DNA of 63,266 nt, the filler included, from Candidatus Zhuqueibacterota bacterium (GTDB taxonomy: Bacteria > BS750m-G25): NCBI GenBank assembly GCA_016783505.1. It is 3 parts of 3 records of this genome, joined end to end, with 100 filler letters (N's around TTAATTAATTAA, not from the genome) between each part and the next. Parts side by side here need not be neighbours in the genome. Positions count along the whole stretch, not along the records: positions 1 to 28,622 come from JADHWK010000030.1; 2 more parts are not named here. One strand, 5' to 3'. Position 1 is the first letter of the stretch. Each line of letters starts with the position of its first letter. The notes beneath the pieces are model-generated. The model saw only the letters and a list, made by a program, of their open reading frames with translations, was not told where the DNA came from and made no database searches. Position numbers and translations under genes: made by a program. Below are positions 9,528-18,727 of the stretch, piece after piece.

Positions 9528-11360
9528 TTAACTCTTTCTCAGGACTAATACGGTTTCTTCTCTTATAATTCCCTCACTGCTTTTTTGCAATTTTCTCCCA
9601 ACGAGCCTATCAATCTTGAAACCTAAATTTTCAGCTATTTCTAATAAAATTTTGTCGTTAGGAACTTCAATAGAATTGCCACCAACTATAAAATGATTGT
9701 TCCCAATGACAATTGCAGATTTACCCCCTTTCCTTAATACCCTCTTCATTTCTCTCAAAGTTTTGATCATATCAGTGTAAAACTTAAAACTACGAAGTCC
9801 TGCTTGCTGACGTCCATTTGAGATTAAATAATTAACAACCTTACTACCCGTTTCTGAAAAATCTGTTAAATTTTCATCCTTTTTAGTGAGTTTTTCCATT
9901 AGTTCTTTTCTATCATAGTTTACTCTTGGATTTCCCATCATATCTTTTCCTAATTTCTCGATAGATCCTGCCAATTCAAGGAGGACTAATTGAGGGTAGT
10001 CGTTTTTTATATAATCCAGTGCTACTGCGTAAGGGGGAGAATTTACTATACCACCTATTGATTCAGAGGATATTTCTTTCTTCATATTTCTCGTGTCAGC
10101 AATATATGTTTTAGATTTTCCTAATCGAATTTTTAAAGTTTTGTTCAATCTTTGAAAGAGAAATATTCTAAGGTAAAGATTATTAAGCCTTCCACGAAAT
10201 ACGTCTAAAAACTGGTCGCTTGTTCTTCGAGCCACATCACTAATCGTTCCACTTAATGATAGAAGCAAGAAATTTCTTATTTCTTCATCATTTATATTCT
10301 TGAGTAACTCTCTGGCTATAAGAACTTGTGGAACAGTTTTCTCCTTATCCCTTAAAGCATTCTTTAATTTTATGCACAATTGTTTCGATTTCTCCGAAAT
10401 CCAATTATAATTGACCTGTCCCCTAAAAAATGGGAGACTCCCATATGTTCCTCGCTTCCAACTGTATATCTCTTCGGTTAGTGTCTTAAGATACTCGTTA
10501 ATGCTGTCTTTCAATCTGGAAGTTTCAAGATTTAAAGAGTAGCACTTTACATTACTCATCAAGACAGAAAGAGGATTTATCTCAACTCCAACACTATCGA
10601 GCCCTAATAAAGAAGCTTCTACTAATAGTGTCCCGCTTCCAGCAAAGTTATCAAGAATAATTCCTTTATCATAAGGATAAATATTATTTAATAATGCTCG
10701 AACCATTTTAGGGTGAAATTTACCTTTATATGGATGGAAATAATGAGTGAGGTATAGGGAAGGCTCTTCTCTTATTGCAAAGTAGTCTTGAAGCCTTTTA
10801 CCTATGCTTAGAGTAGAAGATGCGGGAATGCGGTATATATCCTTTATGAGATGAGAAAATAATATTTCCACATTCCGTTCAACTTCCCTTTCGTTTCTAC
10901 TAAGTTTTGAGATATACTGTGATTTTTCAAGGAAATATTGATTTGTGATAAATCTGAAAAGAAGAAGACTGTCTTTTCTAAAGTAATGGACGTTCTTCTC
11001 CACTACTCCATCAGGAAATATATTTCTTAATAATTCGGACGGCGATTTATTCTCGCTCATAATTAGATAGATTTCTCGAGTATAGGATAGCCGTTTTACT
11101 AATTTAGAAATATCTCCCATTGTTTCAGATGTCCCAAAATATCCTTGAATCCTACCATATGACAACTCATGGGTTATAAAATCTTGAATTCTTATAGATG
11201 AATGTGTGAACTTATTTAATGGTTCCTCTTTTAATTTATCTGCAAAATTATAAATAGGCTTTACCATCCCAAATAAACTCTCTAATTCAAGTTTAGCAAA
11301 ATCTGTAGCCTCATGTTCGCTCTTTATATTGTTAAAGATTTTAAAATAAAAATAAAACAT
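9528..11360 (-). CDS. N4-cytosine-type DNA methyltransferase with a long N-terminal extension
   Basis: HPYKGKFHP, LDNFAGSGT (motif I), VEIN and NSPPY (motif IV); motif I precedes motif IV. Confidence 0.88.
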   Translation of the reverse strand: MFYFYFKIFNNIKSEHEATDFAKLELESLFGMVKPIYNFADKLKEEPLNKFTHSSIRIQDFITHELSYGRIQGYFGTSETMGDISKLVKRLSYTREIYLIMSENKSPSELLRNIFPDGVVEKNVHYFRKDSLLLFRFITNQYFLEKSQYISKLSRNEREVERNVEILFSHLIKDIYRIPASSTLSIGKRLQDYFAIREEPSLYLTHYFHPYKGKFHPKMVRALLNNIYPYDKGIILDNFAGSGTLLVEASLLGLDSVGVEINPLSVLMSNVKCYSLNLETSRLKDSINEYLKTLTEEIYSWKRGTYGSLPFFRGQVNYNWISEKSKQLCIKLKNALRDKEKTVPQVLIARELLKNINDEEIRNFLLLSLSGTISDVARRTSDQFLDVFRGRLNNLYLRIFLFQRLNKTLKIRLGKSKTYIADTRNMKKEISSESIGGIVNSPPYAVALDYIKNDYPQLVLLELAGSIEKLGKDMMGNPRVNYDRKELMEKLTKKDENLTDFSETGSKVVNYLISNGRQQAGLRSFKFYTDMIKTLREMKRVLRKGGKSAIVIGNNHFIVGGNSIEVPNDKILLEIAENLGFKIDRLVGRKLQKSSEGIIREETVLVLRKS

Positions 11361-11393
11361 TTTATCTCTCCACTAATTTAAGACCGCCGTTTC

Positions 11394-11470
11394 GCTTAAC
11401 GTTTGAGCATTTACGAACTTGCGAAGCAAGTTGGGCGAAGTGAAACGAAGCCGTAAATACTTTGTTATCT
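11394..11470 (-). mobile_element. Integron attC-like site 3
   Basis: Minus strand: R'' AGATAAC...R' GTTAAGC; arms ATTTACG/CGTAAAT; 7 nt after a stop codon. Confidence 0.85.
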
Positions 11471-11477
11471 GCCGTCG

Positions 11478-11690
11478 TCATTCAGTAGACTTCTGTAACT
11501 GGTGTTGAGCGATTAAATTACGAACCTCAGGAACTAATTCATACGGAATCTCCACCATACTCTGGCCCTCTTGTTCGTATGCTGCTTTATCTCCTGCTAA
11601 GGCTTCCTCTTCGGTCTGACGCTCGTAATAGGCTAAAACACGACGGACTCGGTCTTCGTCCCATCCGGGTGGAAACTTATTCTGCTTCAT
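11478..11690 (-). CDS. Small acidic antitoxin-like protein (MKQNKFPPGWDEDRV...)
   Basis: 70-aa ORF from the ATG at 11690, directly after a toxin-like remnant and ending just before attC3. Confidence 0.6.
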   Translation of the reverse strand: MKQNKFPPGWDEDRVRRVLAYYERQTEEEALAGDKAAYEQEGQSMVEIPYELVPEVRNLIAQHQLQKSTE

Positions 11691-11769
11691 CTTTAGGCTC
11701 TGGGTCCGGTACATAAATAACACGCAGATACCGACCAGCTTGTGTCTGACCAATAGCCACACGTGATCC
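11677..11769 (-). pseudogene. BrnT-like toxin remnant
   Basis: Frame reads GSRVAIGQTQAGRYLRVIYVPDPEPK, resembling the G.T..GR.L.V.Y core; N-terminus and normal C-terminus are missing. Confidence 0.55.
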
Positions 11770-11813
11770 TTACATTAATTTCTTCCGAAAAAGACGAGCT
11801 TTCTTAAAGTAAG

Positions 11814-11836
11814 AAAAAGCCTTTGAAGGCTTTTTT
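11814..11836. terminator. Bidirectional intrinsic terminator
   Basis: aaaaagcctt-tg-aaggcttttt. Confidence 0.65.
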
Positions 11837-11928
11837 GAAAAGTATGCTCTCTCACGCTGAGGATTATATTACAAAAAAAATTGGAAAGAGTCAAGTCTTT
11901 TGTTGAAAAATTTCCACTTGATTATCGT

Positions 11929-13293
11929 CTATCCCACAATCCTTCCCGCTATCGCATTCACCCTCTCAACAATCTCCTCTTCATCATAGCCCACAATTTT
12001 CCCTTCCCTGACAACAACATCTCCATTCACGATTGTATACGCCGTTTCATGGTTATAACCTGAAAAAACGATGGCGGCAAGGGGATCTTCAAGCGCACCC
12101 GCATACTGGAGTTTAAACATATCATACAGGGCAAGGTCTGCACCCATACCCTCCTCTATCTTCCCAAGCCTCGATAGTTTTAATAGATCTGCACCATTCC
12201 TTATAGCCATATAGAGCGCCTGTCGCGCCGTCAATGCATCGGGGCCATATTTCACCCTCTGAGCAAGCATGGCATTCCTTACCTCTCCGAGTATATCGGA
12301 TGAATCGTTAGAGGCAGATCCATCCACTCCAAGCCCCACCCGGATTCCCATATCCAGCATCTCCTTCACCCTTGCGATACCGGATCCAAGCCTCATGTTG
12401 GATGTGGGACAGTGAGAAATACCCGTGTTTGTATCTTCCAACACTTTAAGCTCATCATCACTGAACCATATCCCGTGGGCAAAATACACATCCTCCCCAA
12501 GCCATTCCCAGCCTTCCATGAGAGCAAGAGGCCTTTTTCCGTATTTTTCAAGGCAGTAAATCCCTTCATCCTCTGTCTCGGCAAGATGCGTATGGATTAC
12601 AACACTGTGAGTCCTGCCAAGCATTGCCGTTTCCATCATCACATCTTCATCCACAGAAAATAGGCTGCAGGGCGCCAGCACTATCTTTCTCATTGCCAGC
12701 GGATCAGAATCATGAAATTTCTCAATCACCCTCACCATGTCTCTGATCACCTCTTCGGTATTTTGAACCACATGATTTGGGGGCAGCCCCCCATCACTTT
12801 CGCCCCTTGTCATAGATCCCCTTGAGGGAGAAAATCGTATCCCGGCCCTCGCAGCCGCTTCAAACTGAATTCCCATCATGTCACCTTTGAAGTCCTCAGA
12901 ATACAGGTACATCTGATCTGTGGTTGTAGTGGCACCGGTTTTCAGCAGTTCAGCGCTCCCCAGAAGGGTGGAATAATAAATGGCCTCCTCATCCATGCGC
13001 CCCCATATGGGATACAGATAAACAAGCCAGTCGAAGAGTTTTGCGTTCTGCGCCCCCGGGAGATTCCTTGTAAGCGTTTGAAAAAGATGGTGATGGGTGT
13101 TGATCATTCCGGGTATTACCAGAAACCGGGAGCAGTCTATCACCTCGGTGTTCATTAACTCCTGGGGGAATAACTGTATGGCAGGTGCTATCTTTTCTAT
13201 AACATTTTCCCTGATCAAAATGTCATGGTTTTTTAGCTCATCGTCTTTATCATTAAAGGTAGCAATGTAAAAACAATTCTTAAGCAGTATCAT
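11929..13293 (-). CDS. Metal-dependent amidohydrolase, 8-oxoguanine deaminase/AtzB-like
   Basis: NTHHHLFQT, LAPCS.FSV, HTHLAET, HCPTSNMRLGSG, GVDGSASND; likely start MILLKN at 13293. Confidence 0.85.
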   Translation of the reverse strand: MILLKNCFYIATFNDKDDELKNHDILIRENVIEKIAPAIQLFPQELMNTEVIDCSRFLVIPGMINTHHHLFQTLTRNLPGAQNAKLFDWLVYLYPIWGRMDEEAIYYSTLLGSAELLKTGATTTTDQMYLYSEDFKGDMMGIQFEAAARAGIRFSPSRGSMTRGESDGGLPPNHVVQNTEEVIRDMVRVIEKFHDSDPLAMRKIVLAPCSLFSVDEDVMMETAMLGRTHSVVIHTHLAETEDEGIYCLEKYGKRPLALMEGWEWLGEDVYFAHGIWFSDDELKVLEDTNTGISHCPTSNMRLGSGIARVKEMLDMGIRVGLGVDGSASNDSSDILGEVRNAMLAQRVKYGPDALTARQALYMAIRNGADLLKLSRLGKIEEGMGADLALYDMFKLQYAGALEDPLAAIVFSGYNHETAYTIVNGDVVVREGKIVGYDEEEIVERVNAIAGRIVG

Positions 13294-13353
13294 TTTAAAA
13301 CCACAAATAAACCTAAGACAAATGCTAATAACGTATCTCTTGTTAATTGCCAT

Positions 13354-13828
13354 CTAAAATAAAACAAGTTCAATGGAAATAATCTTCATAAGAAAGGCAT
13401 AGAAAGTATGAATCGCAAAAAGCAATTGTTTAAGTCTAACACCAGCCGGCATCCGATATAATTCCGCTGTTTCTGCGGCTGATTTCTTTGCTTTTTCCAA
13501 TTCTTGACCATATACAACACCAAAATTTTTATCCCATTCCTGAAAGAATACCTTTATTCGGGAGGGTGTCTGTCTTTCTTGATAATTTGCTTGGAACTTT
13601 ATATTCTATCGTAAGATAACCATAGACCGCGTCAGGTCTTCCTCTAAAGGTTGTAGCTGTTTTCTCATATCTGACATTGATATTTATACCCATCTTCTTA
13701 AACGTTCTTTAAAGCAATGGTTCCATGCCCATTTTGAGGTCTTCTTCTGTTTTGGCTCTACGAGCAATTTCTTTAATGTCTTCTGCTAATTTCTCTGTAT
13801 CTATTTGCCAATATTTCTTTGCTTCCAT
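13354..13828 (-). pseudogene. Remnant of a fused restriction-modification (type IIG-like) enzyme N-terminus
   Basis: MEAKKYW...TEEDLK...LL* (in-frame TAA), RGRPDAVYGYLTIEYK (PD-ExK-like), then a frame change to FFQEWDKNFGVVYG...LLFAIHTFYAFLMKII. Confidence 0.65.
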
Positions 13829-14065
13829 TGTTCCTCACTTATCTGTCAGCTATGTGTAGGGACATCTTCTTCCCGCTCTTTACCCTCATAAATTAATTCA
13901 AATTCCTTAATTTGAATCTTGCCCCGAATGGCATGCTTGCAATGCAAAACACTAGAAAGCATAATCACCCTTTTCTCAGTAAAAATACGAGGCATCTTTC
14001 AAATCCCGCCACAACTTAATGTTCCAAAATGGAATATCAAATCTTTAAATTCTTCCTGAAGCAGC

Positions 14066-15148
14066 CTAAAGGGTCTCCTCCGTTTCCGGGTCGAAGAAGT
14101 GGGCTTTGCCCATATCGAACACCAGATTCAGCTTATCCCCCACCCGGGCATCTACCTTTACGTCCATTCGGGCTACGAAAGGTAGACTGCCGCTATGCAA
14201 ATAAAGAAGGATCTCATGCCCCATCAGTTCCGATACCTCCACCTCGGCCAAGACTTTAGCCCGATGGGTAATACGGTCGGCAAACCGGGCGTCGCAGATA
14301 TTCTCCGGCCGAATACCCAGGATAACCTTTGACCTCCCCGACAGCCGTTCCCAAAATTCCTCGGGAATGGCCACGGAGATACCATCGGCCTTAAAGATGT
14401 GGTCTACGATCTGACCGTCAAAGAAGTTCATGGTAGGGCTGCCTATGAACCCAGCCACGAATTTGTTCACAGGATGATTATAAAGCCCCATGGGGCCATC
14501 AATCTGGTGGATGATGCCGTCCTTCATAACCACAATCCGATCGCCCATGGTCATCGCCTCCACCTGGTCATGGGTGACATAGACCATCGTCGCCTTCAGC
14601 CGGTTATGGAGCTTACTGATCTCGGTGCGCATCTGCACCCGCAGTTTAGCGTCTAAGTTGGAAAGGGGCTCATCGAACAGGAATACCTTGGGCTTGCGGA
14701 CAATGGCCCGGCCCACCGCCACCCGCTGTCGCTGTCCCCCGGACAAAGCCTTTGGCCTACGGTCTAAAAGCCCCTGAATGCCCAGGATGTCCGCTGCTTC
14801 CCTGACCCGCTGCTGAATCTCCAGCTTGGGAAAGCGCCGCAACTTGAGCCCGAAAGCCATGTTCTCATAAACCGTCATGTGGGGATAAAGAGCGTAGTTC
14901 TGAAACACCATGGCGATGTCCCGATCCTTTGGGGGAACGTTGTTCACCATCTTCCTGTCAATGTAGACCTCGCCACTGGTGGGCTCTTCCAGACCAGCAA
15001 TCATCCGAAGGGTAGTGGACTTGCCGCAGCCCGAGGGCCCCACCAACACCATAAACTCCTCGTCCTTGACCTTGATGTTGGCGTCTTTGACAGCCACCAC
15101 CCCCTTGTCAAAGATTTTGGTGACATCCTTCATCACTACCTCGGCCAT
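14066..15148 (-). CDS. Sugar ABC transporter ATP-binding subunit (MalK/MsmX/UgpC family)
   Basis: GPSGCGKST, VFQNYALYPHM, LSGGQRQR, DEPLSNLDAKLR, TOBE-type C-terminus. Confidence 0.95.
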   Translation of the reverse strand: MAEVVMKDVTKIFDKGVVAVKDANIKVKDEEFMVLVGPSGCGKSTTLRMIAGLEEPTSGEVYIDRKMVNNVPPKDRDIAMVFQNYALYPHMTVYENMAFGLKLRRFPKLEIQQRVREAADILGIQGLLDRRPKALSGGQRQRVAVGRAIVRKPKVFLFDEPLSNLDAKLRVQMRTEISKLHNRLKATMVYVTHDQVEAMTMGDRIVVMKDGIIHQIDGPMGLYNHPVNKFVAGFIGSPTMNFFDGQIVDHIFKADGISVAIPEEFWERLSGRSKVILGIRPENICDARFADRITHRAKVLAEVEVSELMGHEILLYLHSGSLPFVARMDVKVDARVGDKLNLVFDMGKAHFFDPETEETL

Positions 15149-15203
15149 GGATTATTCCCTCCGATTCATTCTATATATAACATTTTTCCCCATATTGTAC
15201 GAA

Positions 15204-15302
15204 GTAGGGTGGGTGAAGCGCCAGCGGAACCCACCATCTATTTGAGCAAAGTTCCTTCTCACCACTAAGAGGATGGGTTTCGTTTCACTTCACCCATTCT
15301 AC
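15204..15302. repeat. GTAG-type REP doublet (REPIN)
   Basis: GTAGGGTGGGTGAAGCG..GGAACCCACC and the inverted copy GATGGGTTTCG..TTCACCCATTCTAC. Confidence 0.8.
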
Positions 15303-16846
15303 CGCTTGCTATGTTGGGGCCTATGAAGTTTTTTATTCAACCGGATCCTCCGGGCAATAGCTCGTTGACGGATAAGGGTCTTGTTGCGGATCTTCATCTC
15401 CGGATCCCGTCGGCTATCGGTGTTGTCCGGATGCCTGCGGTAGCGGTAGAGCACCGCAGGCACCCGGTCCACATCGTATTTCTCCGCCACCTGGGTTACC
15501 AGGTCATAGTCCTCAGCGTAGTGCCCGAAATCCTCCTCATTGAAGAGGCCGAATTCCTCGATCACCTTCCGGTGCCAGGTGCGCACCGCCCCGGCGCCAT
15601 CCACCCGCAGATGGTTGTTGCGGTCAAATTCCAGGTGCTCTATAACACCAAACTCGGGCATGGTTTTTCCATCCTCATCCATCAGTTCATAATAGGAGAT
15701 AGCGATGGCACATTTAGGGTTCTTTTCCAGATGATCCACCATCATACCCAAGGTCTTAGGGGTATATTCATCGTCAGAATCCAACTGGCTGATGTATTTC
15801 CCCCGGGCCGCCTTGACCCCCAAGTTCAGGGAAAAAGCGATGATGTTCTTATCGTTTTTAATCAATCGTATCCGGTCATCCCGGCGACAGTATTCTTCCA
15901 CCAGCTCAATCGTCCCGTCCCTGGATCCGTTGTCCACCACGATAATCTCGAAATCCTGCAACGTTCCTTTCAAAATACTGTCCAGGGCCTTACCGATGAA
16001 TCGAACCCGATTGTAGGCGGGAATAATAACGGAGACCATAGGACTAAAGGCCTCATCCCCGCGATAGGGAACCTCGACCGGGTCGTGGGTAAGGTAGGCC
16101 CCCTGGCGCCTGAGGAAATCCTTGAAGGCCTTCTCGATCTCCGCCTCTTCATCCTTTTCGTAAAAGAGATAAGAGAAACCCCCATATTTCCCCTCGCCGG
16201 GGAAGAATAGCTTGGAAGCCCCAACGTTCGTTTTTTCCTCGGCTTCCTCCGGGGAAATCCTCACCCCATACAGGATTTCTGGAAGACGAACCAGATCGTA
16301 ATGTTCGGAGAGCTTCAGCCTCAGGTCATAGTCCTGAGCCGAATTATAGCTGACATCATACCCCCCCACCGCTTTATAACTTTCTCTCCGAATAGCGTAG
16401 ACAAACCCGAAATGGGCCCGTTCGGTCACATCCCCGTCATAATCCCTGAGGATTTTCTCTTCAACATGACCGTCCGGGTAGAGCTCCCGGTAGTCGGCAT
16501 ATACCATGGCTGTCTCTGGTTTGGCCTTCATCGCCTGAAAGTATTTTTCACAAAGATTGGGGTTTAGAACAATGTTAGGAGGCAGTTCCATCACGTAATC
16601 TGAGTGAGCCCGTTTAAACCCATCATATTTCATCGAAGCGATGTTCTTATAGCGGGCATCCACCCGAACGATACGGGGATCGGAGGCTAATAGCTTCTCG
16701 GTTGCAGAGGACAAAGGGTCAAAAATACACTGGTTCAGGATTAAAATTTCTATGTCTTTTAGACTCTGATCCAAAACTCCCTTTAATGTGGTTTCCAAAT
16801 CCTGCTCCGCGGTATATAACGGAATGATAATAGTCATACTTGCCAT
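15299..16846 (-). CDS. Two-domain glycosyltransferase family 2
   Basis: C-terminal domain VSVIIPAYNR, VVDNGS.DGT, QLDSDD, EDYD; the N-terminal GT-A-like domain has no clear DxD. Confidence 0.88.
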   Translation of the reverse strand: MASMTIIIPLYTAEQDLETTLKGVLDQSLKDIEILILNQCIFDPLSSATEKLLASDPRIVRVDARYKNIASMKYDGFKRAHSDYVMELPPNIVLNPNLCEKYFQAMKAKPETAMVYADYRELYPDGHVEEKILRDYDGDVTERAHFGFVYAIRRESYKAVGGYDVSYNSAQDYDLRLKLSEHYDLVRLPEILYGVRISPEEAEEKTNVGASKLFFPGEGKYGGFSYLFYEKDEEAEIEKAFKDFLRRQGAYLTHDPVEVPYRGDEAFSPMVSVIIPAYNRVRFIGKALDSILKGTLQDFEIIVVDNGSRDGTIELVEEYCRRDDRIRLIKNDKNIIAFSLNLGVKAARGKYISQLDSDDEYTPKTLGMMVDHLEKNPKCAIAISYYELMDEDGKTMPEFGVIEHLEFDRNNHLRVDGAGAVRTWHRKVIEEFGLFNEEDFGHYAEDYDLVTQVAEKYDVDRVPAVLYRYRRHPDNTDSRRDPEMKIRNKTLIRQRAIARRIRLNKKLHRPQHSKR

Positions 16847-17110
16847 CTTAGTGCGTCTCCAAATTATAATGAGTAACTAAACCAATAAAGATTTTCAAAA
16901 TTCCCCCAGCTTCGGGTAGGCAAAAGTCTAGGCCTTGGTAAAGCCTTTATCTCGAATATTAGGGACAAAGGAGGATGGGAATAATTTTCGGAGTTAAGGC
17001 GTAAGCCTTTTAAAATCCTTACGGATTAACTCCGCCGGTTTTCAAGAATAAATTCGTGGGCTGCTAACCAATCAGGCACCCGATTGAGGGGTAAAATTCC
17101 AAATCTGCGA

Positions 17111-18691
17111 TTAATAGACTTTTCTCATAAATGTGTTCTTATAATAATGACTGAGGATTTCCCGGTAGGATTTTCCCTCCAGCGCCATGGCCGCCGCTCC
17201 CACCTGACAGAGCCCCACCCCGTGCCCCCAACCGGCTCCTTTAAGGATAAATTTTACAGGACGACCGTCTTTCCCCATCTCTTTGACGACATAGAAGCAG
17301 GAGCTGTAAAGGTGGCTTGGGGACAGCATCTTTCGAATCTTCAATTGGTCCCTTATTTCAACTTTCTCTTTTTCACCAATAAATTCCATAACGGTAATCC
17401 TTCCCGAGACACCCCGCTTGACGGGCACCAGATCAAGAATAGGGCCGATTGACTGTCCCAGATTGAGCTGTAGGATTTCTTGAAGCTCCGCCTGGGAATA
17501 GCTCACCTGCCAGCGGAAATATCCCCCTATCCGATGCAGATGCCCGGGAAGGACTACATCGGGACAGGCACAGTAGACCGAAGGTCTGCCGTCAATGAAG
17601 CGCCTAGCGTTTTCATCGTCCTCTAAGGGCAGATAGGTTTCCACTTCGGAGGGATCCTCAGCATCAATCCCGAAGCCCATGTAGGGCACAGGCCCCCCTC
17701 CCCATATGTTTTCGTAGGCCTCCATGGCGCCGCCACAGATTTTGGAATACCGGGCATCGCAGATCTCATCACGGTAAACCAACACCTCCCCAAAAGTATT
17801 TTGAACAGCCTGTATGGACCGTTCCCCCTCCCTGCCCGACCCCTGGTAGCACTGGCAGTGGTCATCGGCACAGAGGTCGAAGTCGGCCTCGGGATGATGC
17901 TTACCCATAGTGGCCAGGGCGGTGTTCCTTCCCGCCACCGTCTGCGCTTTCAACAACTCCGGGGGGCTGTCTGCGGTCATCTCCGAGGAGTTAACACTGT
18001 AGAGGTATTCCTCAAGGGGAAGCTCATTGATCACCTGAACCTTCCCCGAATTGGAAAGGCCCATCTCAACGATACCACGATAGCTCTGGGTCTGAAGATG
18101 TTCCCAGTGAAATTCAATCCCCACCCGGATGTCCCCCACGGCAACTCGTCCCCTTTCCCGATCATCTGGCAAGATCCGAATTTTGTTGGAAACCACCCAG
18201 CCGGTCGGGTTTTGGTCTGAAAATAGACGCAGCTTTCCGACGGGAATCTTTATCCGATCGGGGATCACTTCCACATCTCCCGGGAAACTTTTCAAGGCTT
18301 CCTGGGCTGGGGTAGGATCGCCCCAGTCCCCCAGAAGGAGCCAGAATTCCCGGTTATCGGATAGTTCGGCCGGAAGTTCCGGAAACCGATGACTCATCTG
18401 AACGATCTTGGTCACCCATCCCATTTTACGGAAGGTCTTTTCTTGGTCAGATACAGGTTTTTCTTTTTTATCCCGAAAAACGAGTAACCGATATCTTACC
18501 TCCGCCGGGGAGGGGTCAACCGCCCTGACCTTCCACGGGGTATCAACGGGGGGTAATGTGGTAATCAGATTCCCTTCCCCGTCCTCAATCCGAAACGCTC
18601 CCTGAACCCGGAATTCCGCCTGGTCGGTCTCCTGCAATACCCCGATACGAATCTTTGGACCCTTTGTTGACATAATTAGATGATCAGCCAA
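17111..18691 (-). CDS. SpoIID/LytB domain protein (lytic transglycosylase-like)
   Basis: INELPLEEYL..V.SSEM, LKAQTVAGR, DLCADDHCQCYQG, GAGWGHGVGLCQ.GA; ATG start at 18673 is possible. Confidence 0.9.
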   Translation of the reverse strand: MADHLIMSTKGPKIRIGVLQETDQAEFRVQGAFRIEDGEGNLITTLPPVDTPWKVRAVDPSPAEVRYRLLVFRDKKEKPVSDQEKTFRKMGWVTKIVQMSHRFPELPAELSDNREFWLLLGDWGDPTPAQEALKSFPGDVEVIPDRIKIPVGKLRLFSDQNPTGWVVSNKIRILPDDRERGRVAVGDIRVGIEFHWEHLQTQSYRGIVEMGLSNSGKVQVINELPLEEYLYSVNSSEMTADSPPELLKAQTVAGRNTALATMGKHHPEADFDLCADDHCQCYQGSGREGERSIQAVQNTFGEVLVYRDEICDARYSKICGGAMEAYENIWGGGPVPYMGFGIDAEDPSEVETYLPLEDDENARRFIDGRPSVYCACPDVVLPGHLHRIGGYFRWQVSYSQAELQEILQLNLGQSIGPILDLVPVKRGVSGRITVMEFIGEKEKVEIRDQLKIRKMLSPSHLYSSCFYVVKEMGKDGRPVKFILKGAGWGHGVGLCQVGAAAMALEGKSYREILSHYYKNTFMRKVY

Positions 18692-18727
18692 GTTTCAGCA
18701 ACAAAAGCCTCAAGGCATAATGGGTAA

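Noticed and set aside
13294-13353. N-terminal extension of the amidohydrolase ORF
   Set aside because: The family-like sequence begins at MILLKN (13293)
15311-16210. Long antisense ORFs (also 21604-22224, 22875-23594, 58336-58989)
   Set aside because: Shadows of well-supported genes on the opposite strand, with no motifs
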